Source: the human T2T-CHM13v2.0 reference genome, Homo sapiens
Assembly: GCF_009914755.1 (NCBI RefSeq)
Contig: NC_060941.1
DNA length: 64,000 nt
Direction: 5' to 3' (one strand)
Shown one piece after another: positions 43,341 to 64,000 of the stretch. The translations under genes and the position numbers were made by a program. The stretch's first letter is position 1; the number at the start of each line of letters is the position of its first letter. The notes beneath the pieces were generated by a model that saw only the letters and a list, made by a program, of their open reading frames with translations, had not been told where the DNA came from and made no database searches.

Positions 43341-43877
43341 TTATTTTCCATTTTTCCAAGGGATTCAACATCCTCCAGCCCAACGCTAAAGAAAGCTCCA
43401 TACCTCACCCCTTATTGGTCAGAAAGGTGACAAAAGGGGCTTTGTCACATTGGCTTTACCCATTCACTGAGAGATACCGGACAAATTGGACACCAGGCAG
43501 TTACTTTGTGAACTAGCAGGGCGAAGGGAAATCGGCTGGCAGTCTCTGCTTTATCTGTTCCCTAAGAATGTTGCAAGTACACCCTGGCTAGCTCTTGTAG
43601 TCTTTACCTCTAAGTAGGACATTCTTAATTGTTTTACCAACTACTTTTCTTTCTTTTTTTTAAATAGAGAAAGGTCTCACCATGTTGCCCAGCTGGTCTT
43701 GTACTCCTGGGCTCAGGCAATCCTCCCGCCTTGGCCTCCCAAAGTGCTGGGAGTACAGCTTGAGCCATCATGCCCAGCCAACCAACTACTTTTCTTTCCC
43801 CTAAGAAAACCACATCCTATATTAAGTCCAGCCCTTACTGCTCTAGCATTTTGGACAGGCAAAAACTAACCTGAGGT

Positions 43878-43981
43878 GTGCTCTCTTCAGCAGCACATAT
43901 ACTAAAATTGGAATGATACAGAGAAGATTAGCATGGCCCCTGTGCAAGGATGACACGCAAATTCGTGAAGTGTTCCATATT
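43878..43981 (+). pseudogene. U6 snRNA processed pseudogene with (CAA)n tail
   Basis: Near full-length U6 (ACAGAGA box intact); substitutions fall at CpG sites; TSD AACTAACCTGAG at 43864-43875 and 44014-44025. Confidence 0.95.
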
Positions 43982-44138
43982 GGAAAACAACAACAACAAC
44001 AACAACAACAAACAACTAACCTGAGATGAGGAAACAGGCATGGTATACGCATTCATTAAACTAGCCAGGCTCGCAAAAAGAGAAACCACACCACAGCTGG
44101 AAGTAATGGGGGAGAATTTACCCTGCTCCCAACTGTAA

Positions 44139-44450
<312 letters not shown>

Positions 44451-45500
44451 TGAGCCACCGTGCCCAGCTGTAAATGTTATTTTAATGAGTCTGCTTACTT
44501 TACATCAACACACTAGAACTTGTACATAAACATAAAAATTAACCTTTAAAATATACTTCATAAGCTTCATATTTTACTTAGTTCCATTGCTTGGTATATC
44601 TGGAAAATCTCTGAGTATCGCACAGTTCAATTACCCAAAATAATCATTTTGTTCTGAATGGCTTTTTGCCATTTCCAAAAATTAAACCTATCCTCAACGA
44701 CCAAAAGGTTGCTATTATTAGAACAGTCAAAAGAAATATGCTGCAAGTTTGGAAGCAGTAGTTCCAAAGCTATTCCAAGCAAAAACAGCACCAAAAAAAG
44801 GTATCTATGTGATTTTAGAACAACAGCTCTGAAGGCAACTAAGCTTATTTTAATGTCTAAGCTTTGGTCTGTTTGCCTAAAATTAGCCTTATTACTTTAG
44901 GCAATGCCCCCTTCCTCCCAACAACAGAAAAACCTGTAAAAGATATTCCTTCATCTATGTAACCGCAGATAATATTAAAAAACCAGGTCGGGCACAGTGG
45001 CTCATGCCTGTAATCCTAACATTCTGGGAGGCTGAGGCAGGTGAATCACCTAAGGTCAGGAGTTCGAGACCAGCCTAGGCAACATGGAGAAACCCCATCT
45101 CTACTAAAAATACAAAAATTAGCTGGGTGTGGTGGTGTGCACCTGTAATCCCAGCTACTCAGGAAGCTGAGACAGGAGAATTGCTTGAACCCAGGAGGCA
45201 GAAGTTGCAGTAAGCCGAGATTGTGCCACTGCACTCCAACCTGGGCAACACAGCAAGACTCCGTCTCAAAAAATAAATAAAATAAAATATAAAATATAAA
45301 ATAAAATAAAAAATTAGGCCAGGCATGGTGGCTCATGCCTGTAATCCCAGGACTTTGGGAGGCCGAGGTGGATGGATCACCTGAGGTCAGGGGTTCAAAA
45401 CCAGCCTGGCCAACATGGTAAAACCCCATCTCTACTAAAAATACAAAATTAGCCAGGCATGGTGGTACATGCCAGTAATCCCAGCTACTCGGGAGGCTCA

Positions 45501-45617
<117 letters not shown>

Positions 45618-45783
45618 TTAAATTATCTGTGTTCTTTAGTTGGTACTAAAGTATCCAGTACTCAAGCACTACAAAAACTAGTTTATTGACTGGGCACGGT
45701 GGCTCACGTCTATAATCTCAGCACTTTGGGAGGCCAAGGCGGGTGGATCACCTGAGGTCAGGAGTTTGAGACCATTCTGGTCA

Positions 45784-46007
<224 letters not shown>

Positions 46008-46535
46008 CTAATAACCTTCTTTATGGGCTGCACACCCACACAAAACAACACATCCAACCTGTCTTTTTTCCAAATTTTTCCTTTCTTCTTCCATCCCTAT
46101 CAGCTTAAGAGACAGAGAAAATGCCAGGTGATGATATTTTTGCTTTGATGCTCTTAAACTGAACCACTGGGAAGAGACTTGCGGCTTTTATCTCAACACC
46201 AAATACACATAAAGAAACTTCACCATCTTCAGGAGAGGGTTCTGGTTTTCAGAAGTACCCATTTATACCTATGTGCCTTTTTCAACAGGGAAGGTGCCTT
46301 TCCATGTTGACTTATGTAAAATTGTCATTGTTATTGTACAAGACTCTGCTACAACTCTATGAAGTGCTTCCTACTTCTTCCTTTGGCCAAAATTTCTTTT
46401 TTCTTTTAAATAAAAGCTGGGCACAGTGCCTCATGCATGTAATCCAAGCACCTCGGGAGGCCGGGGCAAGCAGATCAGCTGAGCTCAGGAGTTCAAGACC
46501 AGCCTGGGCAACATGGCAAAACCCTGTCTCTACTA

Positions 46536-46846
<311 letters not shown>

Positions 46847-47295
46847 TGACCATGGTCCAATTTCCTAATACTCAAGATACAAGTGAGAAAAACGGTAAGT
46901 GTTTCCCAATTGGCTATTAACTAAGTCATTTCTTCATGCTTCTTTTGTCCCTTCCCTGGAAGACACTTGCACACTGATGATCCTTTGTTTGTCAAGTTCA
47001 GTCTTTACTACCCCCAGCATCACTCTAGACTGCACGTGTTAAATACTTATATTGAGCACTCTTGGTTACCATGTGATATCAAAGCCAAGAATTTTATAAA
47101 ATTCAACTTCGTATCACAAAGGACACTAACAATATGCTGTTTCTATGCTCGACTAGTTTGAAATAACCATGAACGGCCTCGCACGGTGGCTCGCGCCTGT
47201 AATGCCAGCACTTTGGGAGGCCGAGGCGGGCAGATCACTTGAGGTTGGGAGTTCGAGACCAGCCTGACCAACATGGAGAAACCCCGTCACTACTA

Positions 47296-47466
<171 letters not shown>

Positions 47467-47500
47467 TCAAAAAAAAAAAAAAGCGGGGGGTAGGGGGGGA

Positions 47501-47550
47501 CTGTCTTTCACAAAACTGGTCCCTGGTGCCAAAAAGGTTGGAGACTGCTG
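47501..47550 (+). mobile_element. MER1-type hAT terminal fragment
   Basis: tgtctttcacaaaactggtccctggtgccaaaaaggttggagactgctg matches the MER1 end. Confidence 0.6.
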
Positions 47551-48313
47551 GACTATCTAACAAAATGGGGTCTCTGCCGTGAGAAGGTTATAACGTCTTA
47601 GCTCCTCCCCTGACTCATAGATGATCCCTAAATACATGTAACAAAACAAAGATGCCAAGAGCACAGCTGCTCATGTGCCAGAGGAGAACTGCTCTGATCA
47701 TGCACCAACTCAGTTCAGTCTTTTCCTGGAGAAGTCCAACTCAAATTCCAGATTACAATGCAGACCAACGAATTAGTGTTAACAATTTGACTTTTTTTTG
47801 TTTTTTTTTTTTTTTTTGAGATAAGATCTGGCTCTGTTGCCCAGGTTAGAGTAGAGTGGTGTAATCACAGCTCACTGTAGCCTCGACCACCCAGGCTCAA
47901 GCAATCCTCCCAACTCAACCACCCGAGTAGCTCAGACTACAGGTGCACACCACCACGCCTGGCTAATTTTCAAATTTTATTTGTAGAGATGGAGTCTCAC
48001 TATGTTGCCCAGGCTGTTCCCAAGCCATCTTGGACTCAAGTGATCCTCCTGCCTTGGTGTCTCAAAGTCCTGGGATTACAGGTGTGAGTCACTGTACCTG
48101 GCCAACAAGATTTCTTAAAGATAACTCTTTACATGACAAATTCTTTCGTTATCACAAATTCAATTAGGGTAGTAAAGAGACTTCACCAATCAATCATGCT
48201 TTTAGAATTAGACCCCAATGGCTGGGCACCGTGGCTCACGCCTATAATCCCAGCACTTTGGGAGGCCGAGGCAGGCGGATCACGAGGTTAGGAGATCGAG
48301 ACCATCCTGGCTA

Positions 48314-48601
<288 letters not shown>

Positions 48602-49478
48602 TTAGTATATCCTCAATGAGGGCAACGCAGCCCCTTCCCTCAATACCACAGGGCATGGACCCTCACAACCAGAAATTTCTTAGGATCTTCCTACAGATAC
48701 ACCTGAAACACCGACAATATGATGTATATACGATGAGGCTCACAGCAGCCTCTATTGTATCAGCATAAGACTAGAAACAAACTGACACACAAGAGACTGA
48801 ATAAACCGATGCATCCACACAAGATGTCATGAAGCAGCAGGAAGACAAGACAACAGGAACACAGCTTCCTTCCGAGGTACCTGAATCTCATCATAGTGAA
48901 AGAGCCATCACGGTGAAACCCAAATTGAGGGACATTCGACAAAGTAATCGGCAAAATGTCAGTCTTCAAATGTGTCAAAGTTTTCAAAGTCAAGGCCGGG
49001 TGTGGTGGTTCATGTCTGTAATCCCAGCACTTTGGGAGGCTGAGGCGGGTGGATCACTTCTTAGTCCAGGAGTTCAAGACCAGCCTGGGCAACATGGCAA
49101 AACCTCATCTCTACTAAAAATACAAAAAATTAGCCCAGGATGGTGGCACACACCTATGGTCCCAGCTACTAAGGAGGCTGAGGTGGGAGGATCGCTTTGA
49201 GTTCAGGAGCTTAAGGCTGCAGTGAGCCATGATCGTGTCACTGCATTCCTGCATGAGTGACACAGCAAGACCCTGTCTCAAATTAAAAAAAAAAAAAAAG
49301 AAAGTCAAATAAAGGCCATGAGGAACTGCTCCAAACTAAAGAAGACTGAATAGGGCCGGGCGCAGTGGCTCACGCCTATAATCCCAGCCAGCACTTTAGG
49401 AGGCTGAGGCAGGCGGATCACTTGAGGCCAGGAGTTCAAGACCAGCCTGGCCAACATGGTAAAACCCCATCACTACTA

Positions 49479-50033
<555 letters not shown>

Positions 50034-50071
50034 TCAGCAGAGCTGAGCTGACGGACACTGGCCTGGGGTCA

Positions 50072-50896
<825 letters not shown>

Positions 50897-51232
50897 TAGC
50901 CAGGATGGTCTCGATCTCCTGACCTCGTGATCCGCCCGCCTCGGCCTCCCAAAGTGCTGGGATTACAGGCGTGAGCCATCGTGCCCAGCCAGCAATTTCT
51001 GTATTTTTAACAGAGACAGGGTTTCAACATATTGGTCAGGCTGGTCTCGAACTCCTGACCTCGTGATCCGCCCACCTCGGCCTCCCAAAGTGTTGGCATA
51101 ACAGGCGTGAGCCACACGCCCGGCCTGAATATATAACTTTTAAAAACACTAAGTTGTTGTTCATATGAAAAGATAATCAATTATATTGTTAAGGTTTTTA
51201 CAGAAAAGAGATAAAGTAGTCAGTCCTCTTAC

Positions 51233-51299
51233 CTGGGTATTGTCTGTATAATGAAAATATCTTGGCCACGAACAGATTCTTTTATTTCAACTCTTGTTT
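51233..51299 (-). CDS. PRPSAP1: PRPSAP1 exon 3 ((E)TRVEIKESVRGQDIFIIQTIP(R))
   Basis: TTTTCAG|AA ... CAG|GTAAGA; 67 nt; ESVRG.D motif. Confidence 0.97.
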
Positions 51300-51609
51300 C
51301 TGAAAAATAAAAATGTTCTGAAGTTTTAAGAAAAGCTCCTATGTTAAAAAGGAGAAAAAAGAAAAACAAAAGTACTTCATGCCGGGCGCGGTGGCACATG
51401 CCTGTAATCCTAGCACTTTAGGAGGGCTGAGGAAAGCAGATCACTTGAGCACCAGAGTTCAAGAACAGCCTAGGCAACATGACAAAATCCTGTCTCTACA
51501 AAAAATACAAGAATTAGCTGGGCGCGGTGGCTCACGCCTGTAATCCCAGCACTTTGGGAGGCCGAGGTGGGCAGATCACGAGGTCAGGAGATCGAGACCA
51601 TCCTGGCTA

Positions 51610-52032
<423 letters not shown>

Positions 52033-52299
52033 TCAAAAAAATAATTAGCTGGACATGGTGACAAGTGCCTGTAGTCCCAGTGGGAGGATCACCTGAGCCA
52101 GGGAAGGTCATGGCTGCAGTGTGAGCTGAAACTGTGCCACTGCACTTCAGCCTGGACAACAGAGACCTTGTCTGGAGAAAAAAAAAAAAAAAAAGCAGAA
52201 AAGCAAAGCACTCATGATGCAACAGCTAGAAACATTTGGAGGGAGTAAAGATTAATCTAAACCAACATTTTATCTGGGGCAAAAGAATAAGTCTTGGAG

Positions 52300-54450
<2,151 letters not shown>

Positions 54451-54725
54451 AATGGGTGGATCAAAGATGAGGCAGGTAAAGGGGTAGAATCTGGATTCCC
54501 AAAGGGCCCCATGTGATTGCTAAAAAGACTGGACCCCAGCCTACAGGGTAGGAGTAAGGAAGCAGTAGTAAGAAAAAATATTTGCATTTTAGAAATAACG
54601 TGGTGGAAGCCGAGTGCGGTGGCTCACGCCTGTAATCCCAGCACTTTGGGAAGCTGCGGTGGGAAGACTGCTTGAGCTCAGAAGTTCAAGACCAGCCTGG
54701 CCAACATAGTGAGACCCCATCTTAA

Positions 54726-54756
<31 letters not shown>

Positions 54757-54791
54757 AAAGGCTGGGCACAGTGGTCATGCCTGTAATCCTA

Positions 54792-55274
<483 letters not shown>

Positions 55275-55460
55275 TCAGAAAATCTAATTCATTAAACTAA
55301 AATTCTGCTGTCACTCCATAAGCAGCTCACCACGTTGTAACATACTGCTTTACCAGACAGAGCTCACAACCCATGGTTAATGTCTGGTGCGCGTTGTTCT
55401 TTGAATAGTAATTTTCTTGGAAAATCACTTCCAAATACTTGGTTACAAGCAATGATTTCA

Positions 55461-55940
<480 letters not shown>

Positions 55941-56222
55941 TTAAGGAATTAATAGTAGTGTGAGGTTTTAAGTCCTGATTAGTAAGCATTACTCTTTTTA
56001 CAAGTGAAATGATATGATGTAAGATAATCTATTTAAAAATATTCCAGGCCGGGTGCGGTGGCTCACGTCTGCAATCCCAGCACTTTGGGAAGCTGAGGTG
56101 GGCGGATCACCTGAGGTCAGGAGTTCGAGACCAGCCTAACTAATATAATAAAACCCCATCTCTACTAAAAATACAAAAATTAGCTGGGTGTGGTGGCGAG
56201 CGTCTATAATCCCAGCTACTCA

Positions 56223-56327
<105 letters not shown>

Positions 56328-56669
56328 TCAAAAAATAATAATAAAAAAAATAAAATTAACATCTCCAGCCAGGCCAGGCGCAGTGGTTCATGCTTGTAAT
56401 CTCAGCATTTTGGGAGGCCAAGGTGGGCAGAACACTTGAGGCCAGGAGTTCGAGACCCGCCTGGGCAACATGGAAAAACCCCATCTCTACTAAAAACACA
56501 AAAATTAGCTGGGTGTGGTGGTGGGCACCTGTAATCCCAGTTACTTGGGAGCTGAGGCACGAGAATCACTTGAACCTGGGAGGCGGGGGCTGCAGTGAGC
56601 CAAGATTGTGCCACTGCACTCCAGCCTGGGTGACTTTATCTCAAAAAAAAAAAACAACAAAACTCCAGC

Positions 56670-57668
<999 letters not shown>

Positions 57669-57865
57669 AAAATACTCCAGGTGGGCCGGGCGCAGTAGCT
57701 CACGCCTATAATCCCAGATCGTCTGAGGTCAGGAGTTTGAGACCAGCCTGGCCAACGTGGTGAAACCCATCTCTACTAAAAATACAAAAACTAGCCAGGT
57801 GTGGCCGGGCGCGGTGGCTCACGCCTGTAATCCCAGCACTTTGGGAGGCCGAGGCGAGTGGATCA

Positions 57866-58247
<382 letters not shown>

Positions 58248-59025
58248 TCAAAATAAATAAAACAGATAAGATAAAACAAAATCTTACTGAGCGACAAGTA
58301 AAACAGGTAAGGGAAGTATTTATGAATATGTATCATTTATAGTAATTCAAAATCTTTCGGGAATTTGCCAGGAAAGAATCTAAAACAAACAAACAAAAAA
58401 AACCCTCACTGACTTTTAAAATGTGCCCTGCTCCCCTCTGCTCTCCCTCAAGGTCAGGTAGGGTAAATCTGAACCACTAGATACACACAGAAGCTTCGTT
58501 TAAAGTCAGTGTTTTCGTTGGCCTCAGAAAGAAAGACAAACAATCAGGGGTTAGAAATAGAAACTAGGTAGTAGACTGCAAAAGGATTGATTTGTTTTTT
58601 TAACATTCTTCCACTCTCCAAAACTCCAACTATTAAAAAAAAAAACAAGCAGAGCTGAAAAAAAAATGACTAAAGTTTTCCCTTTCTTCTACATTTCCCC
58701 CCAGAAGTTTAAGATATATCCCTGCAATCATTTGTCAACCCTAAAAAAGTAACGAAGTAACTCTATGAAAACTGTTTAAAATGTGAAAATGGCTTTAAAT
58801 ATTAAAAGACGAGCTATTCATTTTATGTCTTAGATTTCTAACAAGTGTATGTAGAAAGGGCATATAAGGCTCCTCCTTTATATCAGAGCTCTGGGATTCT
58901 CCAAAAGAGCCAACTAGAAAAGAGGCCATTTCACCGGGCGCGGTGGCTGAAGCCTGTAATCCCAGCACTTTGGGAGGCCGAGGCGGGCGGATCACGAGGT
59001 CAGAAGATCGAAACCATCCTGGCTA

Positions 59026-59265
<240 letters not shown>

Positions 59266-59269
59266 TTAG

Positions 59270-59465
59270 TAAACAACTATTCAGAGGGCCACTATGAGCC
59301 CCTACTCTGCTAGAACCAGATACTACTTCTACATTATCCCGATCATACAATATTCTCAACCATGCCCATTTCACAGATGAGGTTCAGGGAAATCAAGTCT
59401 CTTGCCCACTGACACAGAGCTAGTAAGTGGCAAGGCTGGGAGGGCATCTCAGAGCTGTCAGACCC
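59270..59465 (-). mobile_element. MIR fragment
   Basis: cccatttcacagatgagg…tcaggga…cttgccca…acacagagctagtaagtggca MIR core. Confidence 0.7.
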
Positions 59466-59599
59466 CAAAGGCGACTTAAGACCAGGGGCTTGGTTGGGTT
59501 AAAGACACAAATGACTGATCTTATCCCAAGCTGATTTACAAAGCAGGGTCAGGCCTGTCATTTCTACCACCAGCTCCGGCCCATCTGCCTCCCTGGAAT

Positions 59600-61140
59600 T
59601 GCCTTCTTCGCACTGCCAGTCCCCACACCTTTGCTCTGCGACCGCACCTGCCGCGTCGGATCCCCCAACTCACAACCACGCCCGCGGGTCTCACTGCAGT
59701 GAGACTTGAGAGTGGCGGCGGTCAGATTCCCAGGTCAACTCCAGCCGTGGGAAAGGAAGCCAAGCCCTGAGCCCCTTTCCCCAAGACACGCACTCCGGGG
59801 CTCCAGAAAGCTCGGCCCGCCCCGGGGTGTGGGACTGCGGAGACGAAAGGCAGGCAGGCCGCGGACCCAGTCACGGGGCGGGGGGCTGAGGTCACCGAGA
59901 GTCCGCCCCAAGCCTCCCAGCTGCAAAACCGGGGAGCGGGGGGCGGTATCCGTCACCTCCAAGCTTTGTCCGGCTGGGAAGGCCCGCGCCTCCCGCCCCA
60001 GGTGCAGGAGGTGGGGCGGGTGGAGGGGAGCGGGTCCCTCCGGGCGCGAAGGAGAGCTAGGCGCCGCCGCCCCCGGCCCGGCCCTCCCACCGCCCCCTTA
60101 CTCTGTGATGCGCTTGGCCAGCTCCGTGCAGGCGGCCGTGGAGTTGGCCGAGAAGACTCGGTAGCCGGTGCGAGCGGCGTTCATGGCCGGCGGGGGAACG
60201 GGGCGGGCGCGCGGGACGCGGAAAGCCGAGGACGCGGAGGGCGGGGGCAACAGCAGCAGCTTCTTGGGCATCGTCCGGCCCGCGGCGCGGTTACGACCGG
60301 CCCCGCGCGGGGCTGCACTCTGAGTGCTTCCGACTGCGAGACCCCGGTTTGGGTGGGGAAGGCGCTGAGAAACTCGGCGCAAGCGGGGAGAGCTCCGAGG
60401 TCCGTGCCCTTGCGCACCCCACACCACTGACTACAGCGGCCGAGCCTTCGCAGCGCCCGGCGCCGCCGCCTCAGAGCCAGAGGCAAGGCCACCGCCCCCT
60501 CCGGGCATCCGAAGAGCGTCGGCTAGAGCGCCCTCAGGCCGCCATCTCGGATGAGGGCAGGGAGCCTGGCGACTCTCTAAAAGCCTGTTCTTCCGAGGGG
60601 CATGTCACAGGTTCGCCCCGCCCCTGCTTTGACCGCTTCCACGGGAGCTCTTTCGGTCTCACTTTCTTGGGAGGAGCAGCCTACCTCGGTAGTGGCCCCA
60701 GGTGTTTCCAACTTTTTGGCCAGGACCCAACATGTCCGCCTCCGAGGAGGTATACGATCTAGCTCTGCATGTCTATGGTAGCACAGCGCCCGCCCCACGA
60801 GGCGCGTGCGCCGGCCGGAGATTAATTTGAAAAGTAGAGGGCGGGGGTTCTTTCCAGCTGGTTGACCGCAGTACTGAAGCGGCCAAAAAGTGGTCTTCTC
60901 CTGAGCCTGATCTTTCAGGCGTTTCCGAACAGATCCCCAACCCTGTGTCTGCGTGTAAGGCAAGGTTCCCTGAACGTGCCAAAGGCCCTCTTGCCGGTAT
61001 TCGCTTTCAATCAAAAAAGCCCTCCTTCTCCTCTTTCCATATGCGCCACCCCTCCGAGACCCACTCGCGATGCGTCTGTTCCACAGTCTTTCTGGTGACC
61101 TCAACCACAGTAAGCCGCCCGGCCCGCGGGACTGTGCCAC
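59600..61140. promoter_or_regulatory. CpG island / PRPSAP1 housekeeping-type promoter
   Basis: Dense CpG; GC boxes (~60615-60624, ~60838-60847); NRF1-like GCGCGTGCGC 60802-60811; YY1-like GCCGCCATCT 60538-60547. Confidence 0.85.
60102..60271 (-). CDS. PRPSAP1: PRPSAP1 exon 1 CDS (MPKKLLLLPPP...MNAARTGYRVFSANSTAACTELAKRIT(E))
   Basis: ATG at 60271 and in-frame ATG at 60184; donor AGA|GTAAGG at 60102/60101; coding exon lengths sum to 1158 nt = 385 aa + stop. Confidence 0.93.
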
Positions 61141-61321
61141 ACGTAGATGCTTGCATTTTTTAAATTTTTGTTGTTGTTGTTATTGTTTTGATGCTTGCAT
61201 ATTTATGTACCTTTGCAAACATCTATTTTCCTAACTAGGATGTAACCCATTTTACGGCCACATCGTGAGTTCCTTTTTTTTTTTTTTAATTTTATTATTA
61301 TTTATTTATTTTTTGAAATAG

Positions 61322-61501
<180 letters not shown>

Positions 61502-62463
61502 TAGGGCAGTGTGTGGGCTCCAGAGGCCCGCAATCAGTACTTGTTGAAGTAGAAAGTAAAGCCCAGGGAAGCATTTGAGATCTCTAGTTATCAGCTGCAC
61601 CAGAACTCGAGGGGAGGAGAGGTGCCTCTCACATTGACAGTACCATCTTCTGAGAATGTCCTTTAGAGACTCTGCTTGTGGTGACATTGGGCTTGAGGGA
61701 GCAGTAGATTGTGACTCAGCATGTCGTGAAGGACCACAAGTCTGAAGCTACAGGATTTGGAAGTTGAGCTGCCCTGAGCCTGCAGCAGCCTGGCCCCTAT
61801 TCCAATAGCTCTCTAGAAAAAAAAAAAAAAAAAAAAAGGACAGTGGGTGCACAGCCTAGGCCAAATTATTTAACCACTGCACACATGTCCAGCTCACAGA
61901 CCCTGACAAAAACCTTGTTACCTTCTTAAAAAAAAGGGGGAATGGGATAGGTGCAGTAGCTCATGCCTGTAATCCCAGCACTTTGGGAGGCCGAGGCGGA
62001 TGATAGTTTGAGGTCAGGAGTTCAAGACCAGCCTGGGCAACATGGCGAAACCCAATCTGTACTAAAAATACAAAAATTAGCCAGGTGTTGGCTGAGCGTG
62101 GTGGCTCACTCCTTTAATCCCAGCACTTTGGGAGGCTGAGGTGGGTGGATCACCTGAGGTCAGGAGTTTGAGACAAGCCTGGCCAAGGTGGCAAAACACT
62201 GTCTCTACTAAAAATGCAAAAATTAGGCTGGGCACGGTGGCTCATGCCTGTAATCCCAGCACTTTGGGAGGCTATGGTGGGTGGATCACGAGGTCAGGAA
62301 TTCGATACCAGCCTGGCCAACATGGTGAAACCCTGTCTCTACTAATAATACAAAAAATTAGCCAGATGTGGCCGGGCGCGGTGGCTCACGCCTGTAATCC
62401 CAGCACTTTGAGAGGCTGAGGCGGGCGGATCACAAGGTCAGGAGATCGAGACCATCCTGGCTA

Positions 62464-63014
<551 letters not shown>

Positions 63015-63320
63015 TCAAAAAAAAAAAAAAAAAAAAAAAACAGGTTGGGCACGGTGGCTCACGCCTGCAATCCCAGCACTTTGGGTGGCCGAGGTGGGCA
63101 GATCACGAGGTCAGGAGATTGAGACCATCCTGGTCAACATGCTTAAACCCCATCTCTACTAAAAATACAAAAATTAGCCGGGGGTGGTGGCGCGCCTGTG
63201 GTCCCAGCTACTCGGGAGGCTGGGGCAGGAGAATCACTTGAACCCAGGAGGTGGAGATTTCAGTGAGCCAAGATCAAGCCACTGCACTCCAGCCTGGCAA
63301 CAGAGCGAGACTCCATCTCA

Positions 63321-64000
<680 letters not shown>

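Noticed and set aside
43878-43981. Functional U6 gene (likewise U13 and Y4)
   Set aside because: TSDs, A-rich tails, CpG decay, no evident upstream snRNA promoter; U13 box C is altered (TGATCA); all are antisense to the host.
59706-61163. Multiple 70-187 aa ORFs around the PRPSAP1 promoter
   Set aside because: CpG-island compositional artefacts; only the MPKK/MNAART frame splices into the gene.

Overview
Mammalian (human-like, primate Alu-dense) genomic DNA; I recognise it as the QRICH2-PRPSAP1 locus (human 17q25.1, from recall). Two tandem minus-strand protein-coding genes. (1) PRPSAP1 (PAP39, non-catalytic PRPP synthetase-associated protein) is complete: 10 coding exons from 60271 to 18097, all GT-AG introns, hand-spliced CDS 1158 nt = 385 aa (356 aa from a second ATG at 60184). 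(2) The 5' part of QRICH2 (sperm flagellar glutamine-rich protein): exons 1-3 plus the start of the large exon 4, which runs off the left edge. Each gene starts in a CpG island. The introns hold roughly 100 Alu copies or fragments (eyeball estimate), old L1/L2/MIR/MLT1/MER elements, a fragmented Tigger1 with both ends, and four retrocopies (Y4 RNA, U13/SNORD13, U6, HMGN2). An ERV1 LTR lies at the right edge. The most notable unexplained structures are: a ~0.7-0.8 kb inverted duplication in QRICH2 intron 3 whose ~316-bp core is nearly identical between arms and carries a CTCF-like motif and an internal 18-bp inverted repeat; a candidate poison/cassette exon in PRPSAP1 intron 7 with tandem acceptors and tandem donors; and RFX X-box-like motifs at the QRICH2 promoter. 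Most ORFs in the supplied track are Alu artefacts. Repeat subfamily names come from recalled consensus sequences, not from a search.
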